64,000 bases of DNA, from positions 9,713-73,712 of the IMG/VR virus record IMGVR_UViG_3300027841_000073. The stretch is one strand, 5' to 3'. Shown here piece by piece: positions 37,454 to 44,609 of the stretch. The position numbers and the translations under genes are program-made. Position 1 is the first letter of the stretch, and every line of letters starts with the position of its first letter. Source of the stretch: a virus. Below the pieces are notes generated by a model. The model searched no databases. It saw nothing but the letters and a program-made list of their open reading frames with translations, and was not told where the DNA came from.

Positions 37454-38116
37454 TTAAAAAATACTTTTTAATGAATCAATACTTTTACTATATTGATTTT
37501 CTATTTCATCATAAGCAGTAAAAATATTTGCAGTAGCTTGCGATGAAGTATTATTCACCCCGCAAAGTCTTGTTATTTGTACTGTCCCATCAGAATTGAT
37601 ATACATATCGTTTAAATATTGATCTGTTGCATCAACTTTGTCACTTACATTTCTACCACAAAAAGAAGTAAGGCATTCTACTATTTTTGGAAACTCTTTC
37701 ATCATATCAGGTATACCCGCACCTTTTATCAAACCTTCATAATTCTTTAATGCTTTAGCAATGAGCATTTCAGGATTAGCTGAAGATTCGATTACACCAC
37801 TTAAAGTATCAGTTACACCTTTCGATAATTGTAAAACAATACTAGTAGCACTTCTAAACATATCATTAGTTTTAAAACAACTACATGCCTGAATATGAGC
37901 AAGTATTTCTTCGGGTGTTGGTTGTTTTAAATCAGACAATTCTTTTAGTTTATCATTAAAATCATCGGAAGCATTTAAATCTTTAAGCATTTTATTCAAA
38001 TTGCGTCTTGTTTTCTTGGTAGTCTTCCATGATGTTTCAACAGCTTTAGCAGTAGAATCCAATTCTGAATTGATACTTTCACACATTGAAGTAGCAATAG
38101 GGTCTAAAATAGTCAT
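37454..38116 (-). CDS. Hypothetical helical protein
   Basis: 220-aa operonic ORF. Confidence 0.75.
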   Translation of the reverse strand: MTILDPIATSMCESINSELDSTAKAVETSWKTTKKTRRNLNKMLKDLNASDDFNDKLKELSDLKQPTPEEILAHIQACSCFKTNDMFRSATSIVLQLSKGVTDTLSGVIESSANPEMLIAKALKNYEGLIKGAGIPDMMKEFPKIVECLTSFCGRNVSDKVDATDQYLNDMYINSDGTVQITRLCGVNNTSSQATANIFTAYDEIENQYSKSIDSLKSIF

Positions 38117-38119
38117 ATA

Positions 38120-38362
38120 TTACCTTTTATCGGGATCACCATAATAAAAGTAAACATCATCAGAATTTAATTTATTCTTTTTTATTTCTTTATCTATATT
38201 CTTTTTTATTTGTTTAGCATCTTTTACATTACCTGTTTTACGTAATTCTTGATAAGTTTTCACCCAATCCCCTAATCCTGATTTCATTATTGCATCAAGA
38301 TTAGCTTGTATTTTTCTACGTTTCAGAATTAGTTGTTTCTCACTTGCTGTAATCTTGAACAT
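38120..38362 (-). CDS. Tagged small protein
   Basis: MFKITASEKQLILKRRKIQA. Confidence 0.85.
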   Translation of the reverse strand: MFKITASEKQLILKRRKIQANLDAIMKSGLGDWVKTYQELRKTGNVKDAKQIKKNIDKEIKKNKLNSDDVYFYYGDPDKR

Positions 38363-38383
38363 TGTTTTATCCTTTTAATTTAA

Positions 38384-38737
38384 TTAAGCACTCTTGGCGG
38401 CTACATATTGAATCTTCATGTCAATGAGATTAGGATTACCAAAATAAAAAATAGTAGCAGTAGCAATATTCTCAAAAGAAAATAATTTAGTAGTAATTGC
38501 TGTATTTGCAATGTCACCTACTTTTACTTCAAAAGGACTGGATGCCATGGCAAACAGTATATCAAATTCCCCTGTAAGAAGTACATCTGTAACACCTGCC
38601 TCAATAAGTAATTCCCCTTCTGAAAAAGATTCAAAAGTGAATTCCTTTTCGATTTCTTGTGCAATACACCTACGGGATTGCGTTCCCAAATCCTTGATTA
38701 ACGTCGTAATCCATTTGAGATTTATTGAATTTGCCAT
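38384..38737 (-). CDS. Hypothetical beta-rich protein
   Basis: AAGGAG SD supplied by the tag codons of the upstream gene. Confidence 0.75.
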   Translation of the reverse strand: MANSINLKWITTLIKDLGTQSRRCIAQEIEKEFTFESFSEGELLIEAGVTDVLLTGEFDILFAMASSPFEVKVGDIANTAITTKLFSFENIATATIFYFGNPNLIDMKIQYVAAKSA

Positions 38738-39384
38738 TGTTCTCTCCTTTTTAGTATAAATTGTTTTTCACTACTGGTTATTTTAAATGGGGTAGAATCC
38801 AACTGTTTGGAAAGTAATGTACCTTTTTCTTTTAACATATCAGGATCAAGCAAAACCCAATAATCCTTGGAATCATTTTGCATACGATACTTATACTTAA
38901 AATTAAATTTTTTACGTAATGCATTAACCATTGTTTCGTATAAATCTTTTCTACTATTAATCAATTCATCATCAACAACTCCAAACATCAAAAAGTATAT
39001 ATTCAATTTACTTTTAGCTTTTTTGATAATATTCAACAAAGTAGCAAATAAACTAAAAATATCCTTATCGTTTTTCTTGTCTTTATCGAATCTGCTATTA
39101 TCAATGGTAAAATTTATTTCATACATAACTACATAATGATGTCTATGGCCTAACAATTTGTCAATTATAACATTGAATTTTTTGAAATCAACTTTGCTTG
39201 GAAACCTATACACAATAGGCTTTAATTCTACTTTTACTTCCCTTCCATCTTTTAATGTAAAATTAGCATTAACCTTTTTTACAATAAAAGTTAAAGGTTT
39301 TCTGTCTATAATAACCTTTACTTTTTTAGCTATATATTTTAAATTGTATGAAAAAGGAGTATCAAATAATGCAATAGTTTTCAT
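38722..39384 (-). CDS. Hypothetical protein with C-terminal tag
   Basis: Ends ...PFKITSSEKQFILKRREQWQIQ*. Confidence 0.85.
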   Translation of the reverse strand: MKTIALFDTPFSYNLKYIAKKVKVIIDRKPLTFIVKKVNANFTLKDGREVKVELKPIVYRFPSKVDFKKFNVIIDKLLGHRHHYVVMYEINFTIDNSRFDKDKKNDKDIFSLFATLLNIIKKAKSKLNIYFLMFGVVDDELINSRKDLYETMVNALRKKFNFKYKYRMQNDSKDYWVLLDPDMLKEKGTLLSKQLDSTPFKITSSEKQFILKRREQWQIQ

Positions 39385-40202
39385 ATTTTATTTAACCTTG
39401 AAAATTCCCCAAAATATTTTTTAGCGGCTTTATTATAAGCTAATGCGGCATCTAATTTATTATTGAACCTACCTATTACAATATTTTTATTATTTATAAA
39501 TATTGTAGCTCTCCATTTATTATAATTCCAACTTACACCTTTATACCCTGAAGTATTATTTTTAGGTATTTTAGAATTTCTTGTATTTTCACTTATATTA
39601 CATTTTCTTAAATTACATTTTCTATTATCAAGAGTATTTCCATTAATATGATCTATATTTTTAGAATCCTTTATCAATTGATGTAAAAATTTTTTATTTT
39701 TCATATTACGTATATATCCATTATTCATTTTAGTCCATTTATAATCTTTTATTTTATCGTAGTCATCTTTATCAATTATTGTATAAGCTACTTTTTTACA
39801 TTCTTTATTATAAAGCCATATACCACAATAATATTCAGAAAATACTACTTCATTTTTATCAATTCTTGTTCTTTTTAAAATTTCACCATATACTAATAAT
39901 TGGTTATAATGTTTTTGGCAATAACCTTTTGAACGATGTTTTCCATTACAATCTTTTATTTTACATTTTTCATATTTTATTTTAAATGGTTTTATTTTAC
40001 CATATTTTTTAATTTGTTCGTAATGCCTTTTACAATATCCTTTTGAACAATGTTTTCCATTACAATTTTCTACTTTACAAAATTCGTATTTTATTTTATT
40101 GTCTAAAATTTTACCATATCTATAAATATGTTGATAATGTTTTTTACAATACTTTTTTGAATAGTACTTATTATTACAATTTTTTACACTACAAGTTTTC
40201 AT
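39381..40202 (-). CDS. HNH-AP2 homing endonuclease with three N-terminal Cys/His repeats
   Basis: C.V..C..K..SK.YC..HY.Q x3; IDHINGNTLDNRKCNLR; NTSGYKGV..W.A...GRF...AA.AYN.AA..YFGEF. Confidence 0.9.
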   Translation of the reverse strand: MKTCSVKNCNNKYYSKKYCKKHYQHIYRYGKILDNKIKYEFCKVENCNGKHCSKGYCKRHYEQIKKYGKIKPFKIKYEKCKIKDCNGKHRSKGYCQKHYNQLLVYGEILKRTRIDKNEVVFSEYYCGIWLYNKECKKVAYTIIDKDDYDKIKDYKWTKMNNGYIRNMKNKKFLHQLIKDSKNIDHINGNTLDNRKCNLRKCNISENTRNSKIPKNNTSGYKGVSWNYNKWRATIFINNKNIVIGRFNNKLDAALAYNKAAKKYFGEFSRLNKI

Positions 40203-40300
40203 ATCAATCCCCTTATTAGATTGAAATTATATAAAAAGAGAGTAATTCAAATTGAATAAGGCAATATGAAAAAGGGAGCTAACCTCTGTCCTCTCTTTTT
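40203..40300 (-). ncRNA. Putative structured cis-regulatory RNA (three-way junction + anti-SD pseudoknot)
   Basis: 10-bp closing stem and two inner hairpins; loop CCUUAUU complementary to AAUAAGG overlapping the SD. Confidence 0.5.
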
Positions 40301-40302
40301 AA

Positions 40303-41901
40303 CTACTTAGTTATAATAGTGCTAAAATTTTTATATATAGCCTTTGCTAATATATCCGATTGCTGAATTTCAAATTTTTTGCCCATTGCTTTTACTGAAA
40401 GCAAGGCAGAAGGAGTTTCATAAAAATGAGTAAGAGCGTATAATTCATCATGAATTCTAAAATTATTTCGCCATACTCTAAACCATAATCTTATTTGATT
40501 TGAATCGATTTCTTTATTGGGCATAAAATACATTTTCAACCATTTTTTTACTACTTCTGGTTTAATATCATAAGGGTTTGGATATTTATCTATATTTAGT
40601 ATTTGAAGTATATTATCTTTTAACCATTTTTTCAATTTGGATTTTACAGGAACAAATCTGTAATGCAATACTTCATGTACTAATGTTTTAGATGCTTCAT
40701 CAAAAGTAGCTACATTTAGTAATTCATTATACCTTATAGCAATACCATCGGAGTATTCCCAATAAACACCTAAACTACCCATGGAGTTTATGGTTATTTT
40801 TTCAGTACGGGCATAATATAAAACTGCATCCCCCATATATTTGTCTTTCACATAAGTACGAATAGTATCCAATAAATTTATTAAATTTTGTTTACAAGTA
40901 TCATGGAGTTTTGTATCAAAATTTTTTGGATCAATAACTATATCGTAATCCTGTTTTAATGTTTGTTTAGCTTCTTGATCATCTTTTAACCAAAAATGAA
41001 TTTGTTCGGGGGGTATGGCTTTAGGGTTATTAGTATCGACTGCCCGACCTACTATATGATCCCCTGTTGCATCTACTTCAATAAGGGCATCGGGATTTAT
41101 ATCGTATCTTACTAATATTTTGCTTTGTACTATTTTACCTATCCTTTCAAGAATAAAATCATTTATTACTCTTTCAATAGTCCCTATTAAATATTTACCA
41201 TATTCTTGTGTAATTATTCTTTCCCCTACTTTCCAATTCCATTGTTTTCCTCTGAATTGTCCACCTTTTCTTGTTTCTTCCAAATGTTTTATTTCTAATT
41301 GTTTATACAATGTATCCGCAAAATGTTTAATAGCACTTTCCGAAGTTTCAAAGTTACCAATAAGGGTTTCCAACTTACTACCTTTCATTTGTTGAACAAC
41401 CCATGTATTATTCGGTAATGGTTTCACATATGCAGAAAATTTCTTTTTACCAATTTGAACATTGACAATGAAATAATCAAGATGTTTCATTTTACTAATC
41501 TTGATATCTTTTCTATCAATAAACTCCTTATCTTCTTTTAATTTTTTAATATCTCTTTTTTCTTTTACTTCATTTATTTTTTGCTCTTGTTGTTTTTCTT
41601 CTATTTGCTCTTTAATATTTTCTGTTTCTTCATCTATTTTTGGTTCTACCTTTTTTTCAGGTATTTTTTCTTCCTTTGGTTTGTTCCTTTCCATTTCTTC
41701 CAATTGCTTAATAGCTTTTATAACTTTGGAATGAATAGGCCAAATTGATTCAGTTTCCTCACCATCATCAGTAAACCAAAGGTGATCAGAGTAATAAAAC
41801 TTACGTTTACCTATACTGCCATCAGAATTCACTTTAAACAATTCCCCTTTATAGTTTAAAGCATACTCATTTTTACCTAATTTAATTTTTATTATGTTCA
41901 T
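40303..41901 (-). CDS. Multidomain protein with zincin metallopeptidase motif
   Basis: TLVHEVLHY (HExxH) with downstream ...YETP; likely start MNIIK. Confidence 0.65.
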   Translation of the reverse strand: MNIIKIKLGKNEYALNYKGELFKVNSDGSIGKRKFYYSDHLWFTDDGEETESIWPIHSKVIKAIKQLEEMERNKPKEEKIPEKKVEPKIDEETENIKEQIEEKQQEQKINEVKEKRDIKKLKEDKEFIDRKDIKISKMKHLDYFIVNVQIGKKKFSAYVKPLPNNTWVVQQMKGSKLETLIGNFETSESAIKHFADTLYKQLEIKHLEETRKGGQFRGKQWNWKVGERIITQEYGKYLIGTIERVINDFILERIGKIVQSKILVRYDINPDALIEVDATGDHIVGRAVDTNNPKAIPPEQIHFWLKDDQEAKQTLKQDYDIVIDPKNFDTKLHDTCKQNLINLLDTIRTYVKDKYMGDAVLYYARTEKITINSMGSLGVYWEYSDGIAIRYNELLNVATFDEASKTLVHEVLHYRFVPVKSKLKKWLKDNILQILNIDKYPNPYDIKPEVVKKWLKMYFMPNKEIDSNQIRLWFRVWRNNFRIHDELYALTHFYETPSALLSVKAMGKKFEIQQSDILAKAIYKNFSTIITK

Positions 41902-41954
41902 AATAAACACCTATATTGTTAATATTGAAAAAGTGTTAAGAGTATTTAATTTTA

Positions 41955-41966
41955 AAATACATATAC
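41955..41966 (-). promoter_or_regulatory. Candidate late promoter GTATATGTATTT at the head of the minus-strand block
   Basis: In the divergent intergenic gap. Confidence 0.5.
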
Positions 41967-41983
41967 CTAAATTAAGGAATAAA

Positions 41984-42490
41984 ATGATACTATCAATTGA
42001 TCCAGGCATGAAAACATTCGCATTAGCCTATATAAAAGACAATAAACCTATATATTTTTGCTATAATCCATATATTTCTAAACTGCAAATAAATATAGAT
42101 TCGATTAATTCATTTTATAAAATAGCAAAACTTTATATAAAACCAGTAGACAAAGTAATAATTGAAAGGTATGTTGCACGTAGAATTACAAGAGGCATAA
42201 GTCCTGAAAAAATGAATATGTCTATTTTTTGTTTTGTATTTGCTTGTCTTCAAATGAACAAGCAAATTTCCCCTTTAACAAATTCATGGAAACGAATGCT
42301 AAAAGTAAATGGTAAAAGTGTTAAGTATGATTTAGTAATAGAGTATTTTAAAAAATTGGGTTACTTGCTAAAGGATAAACATTTTGCAGACTGCATGTTG
42401 ATGCATCATGTAATTGAAAAAAACAATCTAAGTATTTTACAAAGTGGATTACCAATTTACAAAAAACTTAAAGAAAGAAAAGTAATATGA
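41984..42490 (+). CDS. RuvC-like Holliday junction resolvase
   Basis: MILSIDPG.KTFALA, VIIER, HFAD; AAGGA SD at the revised start. Confidence 0.75.
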   Translation: MILSIDPGMKTFALAYIKDNKPIYFCYNPYISKLQINIDSINSFYKIAKLYIKPVDKVIIERYVARRITRGISPEKMNMSIFCFVFACLQMNKQISPLTNSWKRMLKVNGKSVKYDLVIEYFKKLGYLLKDKHFADCMLMHHVIEKNNLSILQSGLPIYKKLKERKVI

Positions 42491-42654
42491 AAGATGGATG
42501 GATAAGGAATGAAAAAGGATGGTACACTAAGGAGGAAGTAGGTGGGGTTTGTAAAGAGAAAACAGGATGGTTTTTCTACCCTAAAGATTCCAATGAAAAT
42601 GTAGGACCATTTAAAACACTCAAACAATTACAAAATAAATTAAAGGTTTACTAA
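42487..42654 (+). CDS. Small hypothetical protein (55 aa)
   Basis: Hand-translated MKDGWIRNEKGWY...GPFKTL; ATGA overlap with the upstream gene. Confidence 0.55.
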   Translation: MKDGWIRNEKGWYTKEEVGGVCKEKTGWFFYPKDSNENVGPFKTLKQLQNKLKVY

Positions 42655-43434
42655 ATGGATGAATATAGCTCACTTCAAGAACTCTCGCTCAAAGCTATTT
42701 TTAGTATTAGCAAACAAGGTAAATGTTTATTGCATGATTTCTGTTATGATAATTGGATTGATTGTGAAGGGGAAAGACACCCCTTTTGCATTTTAGAAAC
42801 AAAGCTACATAAAAATGAAATAAGTAATGAATTGAAAGAAAAGTTATTAAATGAAAACATAATAAAAATATTACTTTCTTTACAATCAAAATTGTTAATA
42901 GATGATATACAATACCCAAAAGTAAAAATGATTGAATCAGTAGAAAATTTCATTTGTCCTTATTTCAGAAAAAGTGTTAAAGATTGTAGTTTAAAAATAT
43001 GTCAGTATAACTCCCCTGTTATAATTGGGACATCGTGTATATTAAGTATGAAACCAAGACTTAAATCACGTATCCCAATTTCACATATAATGATTACGAA
43101 AGACATACCTAAAAAAAGATTACTTAAATTGATTTTTGGGATTACCGTAGGTAAAAAATGGGATGCTTTAGAAATTTTAATAAAGGAAAATATTAATAAA
43201 GTTGAAACTTGTAAAAATTGTGGCTATATAAAAGAAGAATGTATTAAAAATGAAAAAGAATGTAGCAAACGTAAAAAATTGCTTCAATGCATAGAAAATG
43301 AATGTATGATACCGGATCATTTGTTAAAGTATCCGATGATTATTGTGTTAATAAGTTCATATAAATTTTTTGGTGAATTTTTTAACTTTTTATTCTCGAA
43401 GAAAATCATTAACCATTATTTAAAAGGAGATTAG
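42655..43434 (+). CDS. Cys-rich hypothetical protein
   Basis: Multiple Cys clusters. Confidence 0.75.
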   Translation: MDEYSSLQELSLKAIFSISKQGKCLLHDFCYDNWIDCEGERHPFCILETKLHKNEISNELKEKLLNENIIKILLSLQSKLLIDDIQYPKVKMIESVENFICPYFRKSVKDCSLKICQYNSPVIIGTSCILSMKPRLKSRIPISHIMITKDIPKKRLLKLIFGITVGKKWDALEILIKENINKVETCKNCGYIKEECIKNEKECSKRKKLLQCIENECMIPDHLLKYPMIIVLISSYKFFGEFFNFLFSKKIINHYLKGD

Positions 43435-43436
43435 CT

Positions 43437-44060
43437 ATGACTGAAACAGCAATTAAAAAAGAAGACATTACAGAAGACAACCTTAACCTTGATGTACTTA
43501 TTGAAAACAAACTTCCTATTTTTATATTGAATAGGTCCGAACCAAGAGGCGATGTTACTATTCAATACTTTCGAGCAAATGGTGATCCTGATTTAATTCT
43601 TATTCCTAAAACGTGGATTCCCATTGATATTTCAAAACAAGCAAGTCATAAAACATTAATGGATTGTGATGATCTTAGACGCAATATCAGAAATGGAATG
43701 TTGGAATTGATACCTCCAAGTAAAGGTGAAAAAATAATGGAGGATACTGATGCAATAGAAGAATATGAACGTATTACCATTAGTAAGTTTGCGGCTTATG
43801 GTAAAAAATCTGGTAAAGATGATAGCTCCTCTACTTTTGTAAAAGAACTTTCTGATACTACTAAAATCAATATTCGTATTCAGGATATAATGAGTAGAAG
43901 TATAAGCGATCAGGAAAAGTACCAATTGCTTAGATCCGAAGAAGATTTACTCACCAAGGAAGATATACGATTTATTCTTTCCAAAGTAGAGTCTGATGGT
44001 AAACTTAAAAAATGGGCTTCCGATTTGTATGAAACCAAATTGAAGAAGAAAAATAAGTAG
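43437..44060 (+). CDS. Hypothetical protein
   Basis: AAGGAG SD; IPKTWIPID motif. Confidence 0.8.
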   Translation: MTETAIKKEDITEDNLNLDVLIENKLPIFILNRSEPRGDVTIQYFRANGDPDLILIPKTWIPIDISKQASHKTLMDCDDLRRNIRNGMLELIPPSKGEKIMEDTDAIEEYERITISKFAAYGKKSGKDDSSSTFVKELSDTTKINIRIQDIMSRSISDQEKYQLLRSEEDLLTKEDIRFILSKVESDGKLKKWASDLYETKLKKKNK

Positions 44061-44073
44061 TATTTAAAAACAA

Positions 44074-44108
44074 TAATGGCGTGTAGCTTTCATTAGTACA
44101 CGCCATTA
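44074..44108. terminator. Hairpin between convergent genes (likely bidirectional terminator)
   Basis: TAATGGCGTGTA-11 nt-TACACGCCATTA. Confidence 0.7.
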
Positions 44109-44609
44109 CTATTTTCTTAGATTGTTTCTTCTACGTTTTGAAACAGTACAAGTATGTAAATTTTCATTTTCAAGTCTATCGAATATATCACATAATTGAG
44201 TAGTAATTTCTTTATGTAAATAAGTAAACCAATTTACATCATGTCTTTTTTTAATTGTCCTATGTATAAAATTGTAATCTGATTTTGAATCTAAACAAGA
44301 ACCATGCCTATTGGCAAAGGTACATTTATAGCAATACTTATGTACTATGCAAAAAGGACAAAGAAATCCAGAATTAAAATTATAGATGGAAGGTTCGGTA
44401 CTAAAAGCAGTATAAAATAATTCATGCTCAAAAGATTTAAATATTCTTAATAATCTACTATATGATAAAGCCAATACTTCTTTTCTATCTTCTCTCCCAT
44501 AGAATGCTATTCTTGATGGGTAGCATAATTCTATAAAAGATTTATGCTTCCATTGCATAAATCCATCTATTAACTCTATCATTACTTTTTTATAGTATAT
44601 GATGTTCAT
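44109..44609 (-). CDS. Hypothetical protein with Cys cluster
   Basis: CPFC....CYKC...C. Confidence 0.7.
   Translation of the reverse strand: MNIIYYKKVMIELIDGFMQWKHKSFIELCYPSRIAFYGREDRKEVLALSYSRLLRIFKSFEHELFYTAFSTEPSIYNFNSGFLCPFCIVHKYCYKCTFANRHGSCLDSKSDYNFIHRTIKKRHDVNWFTYLHKEITTQLCDIFDRLENENLHTCTVSKRRRNNLRK

Larger units (their letters stand above)
14019..39384 (-). repeat. Dispersed peptide-coding repeat (KITA tag), 26 copies in 24 ORFs
   Basis: Consensus M(F)KITxxEKx[LFY]ILxRR read directly in the translations. Confidence 0.95.

Noticed and set aside
14019-39384. Tag DNA as a CRISPR array, MITE or other non-coding repeat
   Set aside because: Copies are irregularly spaced, always in frame, vary largely at synonymous sites and lack terminal repeats or target duplications.
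14019-39384. Tag as a Sec/Tat signal peptide or eukaryotic NLS (KRRK)
   Set aside because: No hydrophobic h-region follows the RR, the tag also occurs internally and C-terminally, and SD sites and tail genes indicate a prokaryotic virus.
1547-41734. Many short ORF-track entries antisense to or nested in long genes (e.g. 1925..2248, 3449..3781, 13356..13811, 31101..31448, 41120..41395)
   Set aside because: Shadow frames with F/L/S/I-rich composition, no SD, and full overlap with better genes.
41894-41983. Overlapping divergent starts of 40303..41910 and 41894..42490
   Set aside because: SD-supported starts at 41901 (-) and 41984 (+) leave an intergenic gap containing the promoter-like motif.
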